Shown here: positions 49,255 through 58,842 of the stretch, in pieces | How positions within the stretch are numbered: the stretch's first letter is position 1 | Layout of the letters: each line of letters opens with the position of its first letter | Assembly: GCA_963718895.1 (NCBI GenBank) | Contig: CAVRAG010000004.1 | Span: forward strand, 128,001-192,000 | Direction: 5' to 3' | DNA from: an uncultured Nitrososphaerota archaeon | Lineage (GTDB): Archaea > Thermoproteota > Nitrososphaeria > Nitrososphaerales > Gagatemarchaeaceae | DNA: 64,000 bases | Made by a program: the position numbers and the translations under genes | The notes under the pieces: model-generated | The model's database searches: none | The model's input: only the letters and a program-made list of their open reading frames with translations | Told to the model about the DNA's origin: nothing

Positions 49255-51996
49255 ATGGCTTCACTCAAACCAAGAGTAGCCCTTCCCGGGAGTGAACGCG
49301 CGCCACCGCCTGGCGCTCGAATCGCCGGGAGGGTCGACGCCAGGGAAACCGCGCGCGTCACGGTGATCCTTCGCCCCAGTCCCTCATCATCCGGCAAGAA
49401 GAAGAAGGCCGCTCTGGAGGAGGTCAGCGCACTCCTTCCCGGCGACCGACGATACCCGACGCGGGAGGAATTCGCGGCCGACTACGGCGCAACGGCCGAG
49501 GAGTTCGTCAAAGTGGAGGAGTTCGCCCGCGATTATGGGCTCGGCGTGGCGGAGGAGAACCCGGCAAGGCGCTCGGTGGTCCTCTCGGGCACGCTGGGGC
49601 AGCTTTCCCTGGCTTTCGGGGTCAAGCTCATGCGCTACAAGCACCCGAAGGGCATCTTCCGCGGGCGGTCCGGGCCGATATACCTGCCCGCCGACCTGGC
49701 CCCTCTGGTGCTCGCAGTGCTCGGCCTTGACGACCGTCCTCAGGCCAAGTCGCATCTGCGAATCCTTGGGAAGATGGCCTCCACAGGAGGCGCACCCTAC
49801 ACACCGCCGCAGGTCGCTGAGATCTACGGCTTCCCTTCGGGCCTGGACGGGAGCGGGCAGTCGCTCGCCATAATAGAGCTGGGCGGCGGATTCACGACCG
49901 GTGACCTCCAGGCGTACTTCTCGAAGCTTGGGATTCCTGATCCGAGCGTGCTCTCCATCTCGGTCGACGGAGCGGGTAATTCGCCCACCGGAGACTCGAA
50001 CGGTCCGGATACTGAGGTCATGCTCGACATCGAGGTCATCGGGAGCATAGCTCCCAAGGCACAGATCTACGTCTACTTCGCTCCCAATACGGACGCAGGC
50101 TTTGTTGACGCGGTCAGCACGGCCGTCCACGATACTTTGCACAAGCCGTCCGTCATCTCGATAAGCTGGGGCGACGCTGAGTCGAACTGGACGCAGCAAG
50201 GAATCCAGGCGCTCGACCAGGCGTTTCAAGATGCGGCGCTGCTGGGCGTAACCGTCGCGGCAGCTTCAGGCGACAACGGCTCGTCCGACGGAGTGAAGGA
50301 CGGCCTAGCCCATGTGGACTTCCCGGCATCGTCCCAGTACGCGCTGGGCTGCGGAGGGACGCGGCTGCTGGGAGCGAAGGGCGACACCGCGATCAAGAGC
50401 GAAGTAGTCTGGAATGACGGGTCGGCCGGCGGAGCTACAGGGGGTGGAGTTAGCAGCGTCTTCCCGCTGCCGAGCTGGCAGAAAGGCGCGCACGTCCCGC
50501 CCTCAGCCAACCCCGGCGGACTTGTAGGCCGGGGAGTACCAGACGTCTCCGGCGACGCCGACCCGAGCACGGGCTACCTCGTGCGCGCCGACGGGAAGCA
50601 GATCCCGGTTGGCGGCACCAGCGCCGTGGCGCCCCTTTGGAGTGCGCTCGTGGGCCTGATCAATCAACAGGCGACGAGGGCGGGCGGAAAGCCGGTGGGG
50701 TATCTCAATCCCCTGCTCTATTCCCAGGCTCTCGGTTCCGCTGGCGCCTTTCACGATATCGTCTCCGGCAACAACGGCGCCTACGACGCGGCTCCGGGAT
50801 GGGACGCGTGCACCGGCCTCGGAAGCCCGGAGGGGACGAAGCTGCTCGCGGGAATAGGCGCGAAACTTTCGCAACCCGGGGGAAGGGAGAGGGGTCCGGC
50901 CGCACCAGCGGCGTTGAAGAGCCAGACCGCAAATGCGCCAGCGCGACGACGTGTCACCGACAACGCGAGCGCTCCGCCTTCATCTCCCATCAAGAACATC
51001 GTGGTTGTCTTCCAGGAGAATCACACGTTCGACAACTACTTCGGGACCTTCCCGGGCGCTGATGGGACACTCGGCAAGGCCTACTGTCTGCCGAAGACGC
51101 AGGGGTCGAAGAGCTGCATCTCTCCCTTCCACGACACCAATCTCACTCCTGTCGACATGAACCACGACTGGACAACAGCGCACAAAGACTACGACGCGGG
51201 CAAGATGGACGGCTTCGTCTACACCGAGGGAAACCAGGAGACCATGGGCTACTACGATTCCGGGGAATTGCCGCGCTACTGGAAGGCGGCCCAGCAGTAC
51301 GTGCTCTGCGACCGGTACTTCACCTCAGTCATGAGCGAGAGCCAGCCCAACCATCTCTCGCTCGTCGCTGGGACCTGCGGGGGGATTACTGACGACACCG
51401 TTCCCGCCACCATCACCTTCCCCCCAATCTTCGAGCAGCTGGACGGAGCCGGTATCTCGTGGAAGGTGTACAGCTCCACGTCGTGGTTCCTGACCTTCGG
51501 GTACGTCCAGAAGACCCCCAGCGCCAAGGCGAACTTCGTCCCGCCTGCACAGATCGTGACCGACATCCAGAACGGGACTCTCCCCCAGGTCTCCTGGATA
51601 ATCGGGGCGGCCGGAGGCGACGAGCACCCCTCGCAGGACATCCAGCTGGGTCAGAACTATGTTGCCGACGAGATCGTCAACAGCCTGGGAGGCGGGCGCT
51701 ACTGGGACTCGGTTGCGGTGTTCGTGACCTGGGACGATTTCGGAGGCTTCTTCGACCACGTCCCGCCGCCGCAGGTCGACAAGTACGGCTACGGGTTCCG
51801 GGTTCCGTGCCTGGTCGTCTCCCCCTACGCGAAGAAGGGATTCGTCGACAGCGCCGTCAACGACCATACCTCCATCCTCAAGTTCATCGAGACGCGCTAC
51901 GGGCTCTCTCCTCTCAGCACCAGAGACGCGGCCGCTAACGGCATGCTGGAGGCGTTCGACTTTACGCAGGCGCCTCGCACCTTCCAGCCGATCTGA
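49255..51996 (+). CDS. S53 (kumamolisin/sedolisin) protease fused to a phospholipase C/acid-phosphatase-type phosphoesterase
   Basis: Pro-domain; EVMLD (E/D), [13 protein letters not shown] (S), [11 protein letters not shown]; then [57 protein letters not shown]; probable ATG at 49255. Confidence 0.85.
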   Translation: MASLKPRVALPGSERAPPPGARIAGRVDARETARVTVILRPSPSSSGKKKKAALEEVSALLPGDRRYPTREEFAADYGATAEEFVKVEEFARDYGLGVAEENPARRSVVLSGTLGQLSLAFGVKLMRYKHPKGIFRGRSGPIYLPADLAPLVLAVLGLDDRPQAKSHLRILGKMASTGGAPYTPPQVAEIYGFPSGLDGSGQSLAIIELGGGFTTGDLQAYFSKLGIPDPSVLSISVDGAGNSPTGDSNGPDTEVMLDIEVIGSIAPKAQIYVYFAPNTDAGFVDAVSTAVHDTLHKPSVISISWGDAESNWTQQGIQALDQAFQDAALLGVTVAAASGDNGSSDGVKDGLAHVDFPASSQYALGCGGTRLLGAKGDTAIKSEVVWNDGSAGGATGGGVSSVFPLPSWQKGAHVPPSANPGGLVGRGVPDVSGDADPSTGYLVRADGKQIPVGGTSAVAPLWSALVGLINQQATRAGGKPVGYLNPLLYSQALGSAGAFHDIVSGNNGAYDAAPGWDACTGLGSPEGTKLLAGIGAKLSQPGGRERGPAAPAALKSQTANAPARRRVTDNASAPPSSPIKNIVVVFQENHTFDNYFGTFPGADGTLGKAYCLPKTQGSKSCISPFHDTNLTPVDMNHDWTTAHKDYDAGKMDGFVYTEGNQETMGYYDSGELPRYWKAAQQYVLCDRYFTSVMSESQPNHLSLVAGTCGGITDDTVPATITFPPIFEQLDGAGISWKVYSSTSWFLTFGYVQKTPSAKANFVPPAQIVTDIQNGTLPQVSWIIGAAGGDEHPSQDIQLGQNYVADEIVNSLGGGRYWDSVAVFVTWDDFGGFFDHVPPPQVDKYGYGFRVPCLVVSPYAKKGFVDSAVNDHTSILKFIETRYGLSPLSTRDAAANGMLEAFDFTQAPRTFQPI

Positions 51997-51999
51997 GCA

Positions 52000-54366
52000 C
52001 TAGGGTGCTGGAAGCATGCGGGACACCTTCGTGTAAGCAGGTGGATTGGGTGATTCGACGACTTCGGCGTCAACCGGCGCCAACCCGTGCGCTACTGGCA
52101 GAAGTCGGGTTTGGAAACCCGCCTGAGAAGCGACGGCGTCCTCGAGCGCCTCCTTGTCGACACCGAACGGCTGCAGGATGGCCAAGGCCCCTCGTAGCAA
52201 CAGTTCCACGTAGCGATCGGCGTCGTACTTGGTGGACGAATCCAGCAGCTCGACGGGGCGGACCCTCTCGCTCTGGACCTTGGATCTGTAGTCGGTGATG
52301 ACGTAGGAGACGGACTGTCCCGCCATCAGCTCCAGTCCCTCGTCAGCGAGCTGCCTTATGGCGGAGATCTGGACGAGGTTGCTGTTGTACTGGTCGTGGT
52401 CCTTTGAGAGCGAGTTCAGTATCACAAGGTCGGCGATGGGGACGCCCCCGCCCCGTATCTTGTCGGCGTAGCTCCTTACTGTCTGGATGGCGTCCGGGAT
52501 GAAGCGCCTGGCCTCATCGAGGGTCTTGCCCTGCGCGAGCTGCTGTAGCAGCTCACTCTGGCAATCCGTGACCACCTTGATCCCGTCGCTCCGCCTGAGC
52601 TCGATCCCTCTAATCTTCATGGACCCATCCTCGAATATACCGAAGTAGCGGTTGAGGACAGGGACGTCGTCATGCATCCTGCTCGGCAGGAAGGCTATCC
52701 ATCTGTAGATGCCCTCGAACGCGAGCGGTAGTCCTATGGCGGCCTGAATCTCCCGGCGCAGCTCCTCGAAGTCCCTCTCGGTCGCTCCTGGTCTTCTCAC
52801 CCAGAGAGAGTCGACTATCCCGTGCACGACCTCGAAGCCCCTCATCTCCGCAATCCGAACCGTTTCGAGCAGAATCTGCCGCGCGTACGCGCAGACGGAG
52901 ATGTGACAGTCGATTAGCCCGAACTTCGCATTTCTGAAACTTAGATATCCGAACGAGCACACTAAAATCCCCTTGAGGGCGTCCATCCTCGATGCATAGA
53001 CTCTCATGAGCTCGGGGTCTTTCTCGTTCTTCTTCAGCAGCTTGTAATCCAGCCTCTTCGTGAGTATGGGTTGAAGGCTCCTCGGAATAACGCCGTCCCG
53101 CTTCTCGCAGATGTGATAGCCGACGTCAGGCACCCGTGTACTCGAGTCCGGGCAGCACCAGCAAAGGACCGTCTCGGCGCTGACGTTGTGCTCTGTCATG
53201 ATGAAGGGGAAGAGCGAACTGAAGTCTATCTCCCCTACATCCTCGTGGAGCCCGACCTTCGGCTCGTAGATGAATCCTCCCCGGTCCCCCGCAAGGAGGG
53301 TCTTGGCGGTTTTCGGTATCTCCGCCCGGCTGGGCTTCCACGGTATCAGGAGTTCGTCCTTGAAGGCGACGTATGCCTGCAGGCTGCTGAGGCACTTGCC
53401 TATCGAGGCGCGGCTCCCCTTGTGCAGTGGTATTCGGCAGAGGCGGGCAATCTCGAAGAGACCGTCCAAGCCACACTCTGAGAAGACGAAGTAGTTCTCT
53501 GCGTCGAGGTTGATCCGGCCGTAGAGTTTGTGGGAGGTCGGCGTGTGGAGGACCTTGCCGTAGGCCATGTACGAAGTCCCCCTCTTGGTGAGCCTTCTCA
53601 GAGGTTCCCGGTCCCGGCTCAGGATGAGCTTGTCAGAGATGCCGTTCGCCCAGGCCCTCTCCGCTAGGTAGTGAGTGGTGAAGCTGTCGCCCCGCTGGAC
53701 GAAGATGATGTCGGGGTCGAGTTGTCGGATGGCATCCACGAGGGAGAGAATCTTCGCCCGCTCGTCTCCTTCCCCTATCTCTATCGTGGTCTCCGCGCTC
53801 TTCACGGTTACCCTTTCGATTGGGTCTGAGAACTTTGGTATGCTGCCTGACGCATCCACGTAGACCTCGATCCAGGCCTTCCTCAGGAGAGGGGCCAGGT
53901 AGTCCTTCGACATCACAGAGTCGAGGAGCTTCCACCTGATGGAAGCGCCCGCCTGCTGGGCCCTGACGCGGGCGAGCGGGAAGAGATCCTTCTCGAAGAA
54001 ATATGTCTGCGCAGGCATCAGGTCGGCGTTGAAGATGCGGAACGGCGAGCCGACCTCGAGCGCTTCCATCTCCCTGGCGAGCTTCTCCGAGTTTTCGGCG
54101 TTCCTGAGCGTGAGCTTGAGGACTGGGCGCTTCGCGTACTCGAAGATGTTGATGCGCCTGTTCACATACTCGCACGAGAAGACGATGTACTGGTGTTCAG
54201 CCCACTCGGCTAGCTTCTCCAGCCCCTCAGCGGAGGATGAGACGAATATCGCGTTGCGCCAACTGTCGGTCAGGCGGACCGTATTCCCGTCGTCTTTCTT
54301 GACCCATGCCACCATCTCCCCGTTCCGTCCGGGATAGACGTCTAGGAGCCAGCCCTCGATTTCCAT
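52000..54366 (-). CDS. polB2: Archaeal PolB2-group family B DNA polymerase
   Basis: DRGG, motif A DFSSLFP, motif B LKGILVCSFGY, motif C HGIVDSLW (PolB2-type variants); no intact Exo motifs. Confidence 0.9.
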   Translation of the reverse strand: MEIEGWLLDVYPGRNGEMVAWVKKDDGNTVRLTDSWRNAIFVSSSAEGLEKLAEWAEHQYIVFSCEYVNRRINIFEYAKRPVLKLTLRNAENSEKLAREMEALEVGSPFRIFNADLMPAQTYFFEKDLFPLARVRAQQAGASIRWKLLDSVMSKDYLAPLLRKAWIEVYVDASGSIPKFSDPIERVTVKSAETTIEIGEGDERAKILSLVDAIRQLDPDIIFVQRGDSFTTHYLAERAWANGISDKLILSRDREPLRRLTKRGTSYMAYGKVLHTPTSHKLYGRINLDAENYFVFSECGLDGLFEIARLCRIPLHKGSRASIGKCLSSLQAYVAFKDELLIPWKPSRAEIPKTAKTLLAGDRGGFIYEPKVGLHEDVGEIDFSSLFPFIMTEHNVSAETVLCWCCPDSSTRVPDVGYHICEKRDGVIPRSLQPILTKRLDYKLLKKNEKDPELMRVYASRMDALKGILVCSFGYLSFRNAKFGLIDCHISVCAYARQILLETVRIAEMRGFEVVHGIVDSLWVRRPGATERDFEELRREIQAAIGLPLAFEGIYRWIAFLPSRMHDDVPVLNRYFGIFEDGSMKIRGIELRRSDGIKVVTDCQSELLQQLAQGKTLDEARRFIPDAIQTVRSYADKIRGGGVPIADLVILNSLSKDHDQYNSNLVQISAIRQLADEGLELMAGQSVSYVITDYRSKVQSERVRPVELLDSSTKYDADRYVELLLRGALAILQPFGVDKEALEDAVASQAGFQTRLLPVAHGLAPVDAEVVESPNPPAYTKVSRMLPAP

Positions 54367-54626
54367 GCCTCGACCTCAGCCTTCAGCTTCTCGAGCTCAC
54401 CCTCGAATCCCTTGATGCGCCTCTCCTGCATGAGCAGGACCGTGAGGAAGAAGGGTTCGGTCAGGTAGTCCTTGCCGGATTGCTCGACTGACTCGAGGTA
54501 CCTCCAGCAGGACTCCATCATCTCCCGGGCGACCTGCCTGTCCTCGAACCTCAGCGCCTCGATGAACGGCCTCCAGCTCTCAAGCTCCTCCTTGAAGAGC
54601 CTGACGTTGACCTTCTCTTCAATCAC
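54342..54626 (-). CDS. Small helical PolB2-associated protein, copy 2
   Basis: E..SW..F..ALR.EDR......M pattern shared with the upstream small ORF; overlaps the polB2 start. Confidence 0.7.
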   Translation of the reverse strand: MIEEKVNVRLFKEELESWRPFIEALRFEDRQVAREMMESCWRYLESVEQSGKDYLTEPFFLTVLLMQERRIKGFEGELEKLKAEVEAWKSRAGS

Positions 54627-54891
54627 CGCTGCGCATCTCCAACCTGAGCTTCTCTATCGCTACCGAGAGGTCCTCGAGCCGTCTCGCGTGGTCGAACGCC
54701 ATCGCCATGAACATCCCCTCGAATCTGACCGGGCGGACGGCGTTCGAGGAGGCGGAGCAGTATGTCCTCGCCTTGTTGAACATGGCGTCGAGGGCCTCCT
54801 TCGATCCTGTTCCGAGGGAGCGCCTGTACCGCGACCAGCTCGCTATCTCCTGTTCAAGGGCTATCCGGAACGACGGCACGGTCCTACCCGT
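54619..54891 (-). CDS. Small helical PolB2-associated protein (arCOG07300-like), copy 1
   Basis: (M)GRTVPSFRIALEQEIASWSRYRRSL...ALDAMF..AR; start at ACG 54891 or GTG 54879. Confidence 0.78.
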   Translation of the reverse strand, partial: TGRTVPSFRIALEQEIASWSRYRRSLGTGSKEALDAMFNKARTYCSASSNAVRPVRFEGMFMAMAFDHARRLEDLSVAIEKLRLEMRSGD

Positions 54892-55648
54892 GGAGCTTCA
54901 CCTCCGTCTTGAGCGTGTCTTGGTTATAGCTGGCGGGACCCGCATCACACAGGAACTCCGCCGGAGCCTTCCAAGGATGCTTGAAGAGGTGCAACGCGAC
55001 GCGGCGGCCGCTCTCGGTGATCTCGGCCGATATGTTGCAGCACCCGTCGAGGATGGGGGCGAGGGGCTCTGGCCGATTAGCCGAGGTGATGAGTATCGGG
55101 ACCTGTTCGCGTTCACTAATGTCCGAAATCGAGGAGGCGATGTCGCGGACGACCCTCTTCGCCTCGCCCTTCTCCACATCCTCGTTGAAGAGCGAGAAGA
55201 ACTCGGAGATGACCAGGAGCTTCGGCTTCCTGGTCGCGAACACGGCTGCTGAGCCCTCGATCAAAGAACCGAGCTCATAGATTGTGAATGCGCGCGAGAG
55301 CAGCTGACGGTCGAGAGCCGTGTTGTAAGCGAGATGGTGTTTGTGGGCCAGTTCCGTGAAGAGGTAGATGTCGAAGCTGTTCCCCCCGTCGATGAAGAAG
55401 GCGCTGCCCTCGAGCCCGCCATTGGCCAAGGGGAGCTGGGCGCGGATGCAGTACCTCTCCGCGGCCTGAAGCCTGATGCCTGAGCCCGTGATGAGCGCCA
55501 CCGTGTCAGGCTTGAGCCCTCCTATGAGCGAGTCCACCAGAATCATCCCGGATGTGAGGCCGAGCAGCGAACGGGCCGTGATGAAGGCCGGATGGTCCTG
55601 TCTGGGCCCCTTGGGAGGCTGTGGGAGCTGGAGACTCTTCGCTGACAT
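54884..55648 (-). CDS. RadA/RecA-fold protein with degenerate Walker A (PolB2-cassette partner)
   Basis: LTSG...VDSLIGGL, Walker A lacks GKT (LITGSG), GGLEG..FFIDGGNSFD.Y, SRAFTIYEL. Confidence 0.82.
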   Translation of the reverse strand: MSAKSLQLPQPPKGPRQDHPAFITARSLLGLTSGMILVDSLIGGLKPDTVALITGSGIRLQAAERYCIRAQLPLANGGLEGSAFFIDGGNSFDIYLFTELAHKHHLAYNTALDRQLLSRAFTIYELGSLIEGSAAVFATRKPKLLVISEFFSLFNEDVEKGEAKRVVRDIASSISDISEREQVPILITSANRPEPLAPILDGCCNISAEITESGRRVALHLFKHPWKAPAEFLCDAGPASYNQDTLKTEVKLHG

Positions 55649-55774
55649 TCGACGGTCGAAGCCAGTCCGGGCTAATAATGCGGCGCTAGAGTTTCAATGG
55701 GCTCCTTGGAGAGGTGGATGAAAGTGAGTCCCAATCGCTTAAATCTCAGCGAAGGGCGTTTCCTGCTCGAGAAG

Positions 55775-56632
55775 TTGTCCAACGTCAGCTTGGGCACCTC
55801 CGGATGGTCCTACAAGGAATGGGAGGGAGTGCTCTACCCCAAGGGTGAGAAGAGGAAGCTCACCTACTACTCGAGGTACTTCAAGACGGTCGAGATAGAT
55901 TCGACTTACTACGCCTATCCGGCGAAGGCGATGGTCCAAGGATTCGCGAGTGCCACGCCTGAGGGTTTCGTCTTCTCAGCGAAGCTCCCGAAACTGATCA
56001 CCCACGAGAAGAGGCTGGATGTCGCGAGGGGGGTCCAGCAGGACCTCGCGCGCTTTCTGCACGTCATGCGGCCGCTCGAGGATGCTGGGAAGCTTGGGGC
56101 CTTCCTCATCCAGCTTCCGCCGAGCTTCTCCTATGAGCGGGACCTGGCGAGCCTGGGCGGCTTCCTGAAGGTCGTCCCCTCGGACTTGCGGTTCGCGATC
56201 GAGTTCCGTCACCCGTCGTGGCTACGCCCGGACACCTGGGACCTGTTGAGGAAGTATAACGTGGCCAACACCATAGTCGATGAGCCCCTGCTTCCACCCG
56301 ATCCGGTCGTAACGGCTGACTTCTCCTACATCAGGTGGCACGGCCAGGGGACAAGGCCCTGGTACAACTACAGGTACAGCGACAAGGAGCTTGAGGCGTG
56401 GGTGCCGAGGGTGAAGGAGGTGGCCGCGAAGACCAAGAAGGTCTACGGGTATCACAACAACCATCCCTTCGGGCACGCCGTGGAGAGCGCCCTCAAGGAG
56501 ACGGAGCTCCTCGGAATCGCCAGCGACGAGCAGAGATCCCTCCAGGCTCGCGTCACTCGCGCCATCGACCTGAGGCTGAGGCGGCCGGCCGGGTCGGATC
56601 AGGAACTCCTGGACCTCGGCGCTGCTCGTTAG
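55775..56632 (+). CDS. DUF72 protein, paralog 3 (canonical motifs)
   Basis: GTSGWSY, VEIDSTYY, KLPK.ITH, QLPPSF, IEFRH.SW, VDEP, YIRWHG, NNH; probable TTG at 55775. Confidence 0.9.
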   Translation: MSNVSLGTSGWSYKEWEGVLYPKGEKRKLTYYSRYFKTVEIDSTYYAYPAKAMVQGFASATPEGFVFSAKLPKLITHEKRLDVARGVQQDLARFLHVMRPLEDAGKLGAFLIQLPPSFSYERDLASLGGFLKVVPSDLRFAIEFRHPSWLRPDTWDLLRKYNVANTIVDEPLLPPDPVVTADFSYIRWHGQGTRPWYNYRYSDKELEAWVPRVKEVAAKTKKVYGYHNNHPFGHAVESALKETELLGIASDEQRSLQARVTRAIDLRLRRPAGSDQELLDLGAAR

Positions 56633-56653
56633 CTGTACCGAGCTCGGTCCAGG

Positions 56654-57175
56654 CTATTCGAGGTTCCTTGCGTCAAGACGGCTTCCGTATCTCTCCGAGA
56701 AGACGAGTTCCTCAATCGGTTTCCTGTCCTTCTTCCCGAGTATCCTCTTCCTTGGATGCCCGAAGCCGAGGACGGCTGATATCGCGAGTTCGGACGGAAT
56801 GGCAAAGTCCCTGCGGAGCTCGTTCTGCCTGACCCCCGTGAAGAGGCACGACGCGACACCGAAGTTCCAGGCCGCCAGCTCCATGTCCTGGAGCGCCCGG
56901 CCGGCATCGATCATGTAGCCCGGAACCTTCGGGTTGACGAGGATAAGGACGGCGAAATCGGCACCTCCTATCCACTGCCCGCTCGTGCTGTCCTCGGCCA
57001 GTTTCTCGAGGTTGGAGCGTTCCTGGATCAGGACGAAGCGCCAGTGCTGCGTGTTCATCGAGGATCCGGTGAGCCTAGCCGCCTCGAGGATCTTCCTCTT
57101 TGTGTCACCCGGGACCTGCTTCTTCGCGAACTCGCGCACGTCGAGCTTCGTCGCTATGCTCTCGTATGTATCCAA
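56654..57175 (-). CDS. Nitroreductase family protein
   Basis: VREF, ILEAARL..SS.N.QHWRF, DAG.A.Q.M.LAA...GV.SC, RKP.EE. Confidence 0.88.
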   Translation of the reverse strand: MDTYESIATKLDVREFAKKQVPGDTKRKILEAARLTGSSMNTQHWRFVLIQERSNLEKLAEDSTSGQWIGGADFAVLILVNPKVPGYMIDAGRALQDMELAAWNFGVASCLFTGVRQNELRRDFAIPSELAISAVLGFGHPRKRILGKKDRKPIEELVFSERYGSRLDARNLE

Positions 57176-57233
57176 TCTCGTTCGTAGAGGTCGCTGTCTG
57201 TTAGATTAGGGTTACGGTCATCCGTCCGGCACT

Positions 57234-57930
57234 CTATTCGGACTTCCACTTCTCAAGGCTGAACCCGGGCTCGTGGAATCTCGCCTGCTCCTTCTTCTCG
57301 CGCCCTATCAGCTCGATCGCGTACTCCAGGACCTTGGGGAGCTTGGCTGCTGGGAACTTGCACGCTCCGCACTGGTCCATGTGCACGATGTCGCCCGGAG
57401 CCACTGTCATGCCTGCCACCTTGACGGGCATCCCGACGCCCCTCAGTTGGATAGGTCCGTGTCCAGAGGTGAGGCCGGTGGCCAGGTACTGAACCTTCAT
57501 CTCCTTGATCTCGATGTAGTCCCTGATCGGTCCGTCGGTGAGCACTCCGTCGACTCCGAACGCCTTGAACTGTGTCGTCATGTTGCCTCCGAAGAGGCCC
57601 GAGAGCGCCTCAAGCCCGGGAGAGTAGGTCTGCTTAGCGACTGAGTATGACCGGCCGCGGCGTCTTCTCCAGCTGCTCCGGAAGGGCCCAGCGGTCCATC
57701 TTTGTGTGCTCGGCCTTCTCATCGGAGTACCACGCCGTGGCGGCGTATCCGCACACCGGCCCATGCTCAGGATAGATGCAACGGACGGAGGTGTCGGTGT
57801 AGTACTCGCCCCGCCAGGCGTCGTAGAGCTTCAGGCAGAGGTCGCTCCCCGGATACGTCGCCACCACGTTGCATATCGTCGCCGTGTCGAACTTCCGCAG
57901 CTCATGGATGATACGGACCTCTTCAGTCAT
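57234..57930 (-). pseudogene. RraA/HMG-aldolase-like protein with a +1 frameshift near 57642
   Basis: DTATICN...CGYAAT...PRPVIL joins VAKQ...FGGNM...GVLTDGPIRD...PGDIVHMD.CG. Confidence 0.8.
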
Positions 57931-57975
57931 GTGCTCTCGTTCATCTGGTCCCGGTTTTCTAGTCTGGCTGCCTTT

Positions 57976-58689
57976 CTACAGAGCCAAGAGCACGGCCGCT
58001 TCTATCACACCGATTATCAGGTACACGACGAAGGTCACCACGAGGGTTACGACTACGTAGACGAGGACCTTGTCGGTCGGGGTCTTGAGGACGATCGGCA
58101 GTCCAACATATAGTATGTAGAGCCCGTACAGGAGTCCCAGGACGGCAAGGATGGAAAGAAACGGGACTATGTCGAGTATCGCGACAAGGAAGACCGGGGT
58201 GTAGACGTAAGCCACTAGCTTCGCAGACTTGTTCAGGTCGGCGACTGACGCGAACTTGGGCGCGAGCATCATCAGGATATAGGCGACGACTACCACGCTG
58301 ATCAGGTCAAAGATGTAGGCCAGAATTCCGCCGCCGACTGCGTAGCCAATGCCGCGGCCAGACCTGAATGCCAGGTCGCCGATTAGCGTGAATACGAGCG
58401 GGATGAGCGCCAGGATTGCCACGTAGTTGACAAGCGTTGAGTTGAGCCGGGGGGCGGTGTCAGCCCTAGCGGTCATGAAGGCCTTTGGGTCTTTCACAAG
58501 GGCGATTGCGTCCATGAACGTCCCCTTGATGTCCATGCCGGAGGACCCGCCCGTCTGAGCGCCTGGTTGAGCCGTCGGACCAGGGGAACCCATCGGGGTC
58601 GAGGAGGAATCCGTCTTCAGGCTACTCCCGCAGGAGGCACAGAATGTAGCGTTGTCATCGTTCTGAGCGCCGCATTTTGGACAGAACAA
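57976..58689 (-). CDS. Zinc-ribbon + Yip1-domain membrane protein
   Basis: MFCPKCG...FCASCG, five TM helices, AYVYTP, LYGLYILYVGLP. Confidence 0.82.
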   Translation of the reverse strand: MFCPKCGAQNDDNATFCASCGSSLKTDSSSTPMGSPGPTAQPGAQTGGSSGMDIKGTFMDAIALVKDPKAFMTARADTAPRLNSTLVNYVAILALIPLVFTLIGDLAFRSGRGIGYAVGGGILAYIFDLISVVVVAYILMMLAPKFASVADLNKSAKLVAYVYTPVFLVAILDIVPFLSILAVLGLLYGLYILYVGLPIVLKTPTDKVLVYVVVTLVVTFVVYLIIGVIEAAVLLAL

Positions 58690-58842
58690 CGAGTGATAGA
58701 GTGAATACCTGCCTATTTAATGATTCTAGGGTTTTCCATATAGATTTTCTATCGGGCTTCATGAAACTGATGAAATCTTGTGCTTCAGGGCCCCGCGGTC
58801 TCCGCGCCATCCCTGAACACCCCGCTTGCAAATTCTCCTCCT

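Noticed and set aside
50985-51996. Phosphoesterase domain near the Ku operon as the missing NHEJ PE module
   Set aside because: Its motifs ([20 protein letters not shown]) are of the phospholipase C/acid-phosphatase family, unrelated to LigD PE, and it is separated from the operon by opposite-strand genes
55690-55695. AGTTTC matching the Sulfolobus ANTTTC damage-response motif
   Set aside because: A single degenerate hexamer is expected by chance and was not seen at the same position before dinB or Ku
7905-57650. Programmed ribosomal frameshifting at the five split genes
   Set aside because: No slippery heptamers or shared stimulatory structure at the junctions, and the gene families are unrelated
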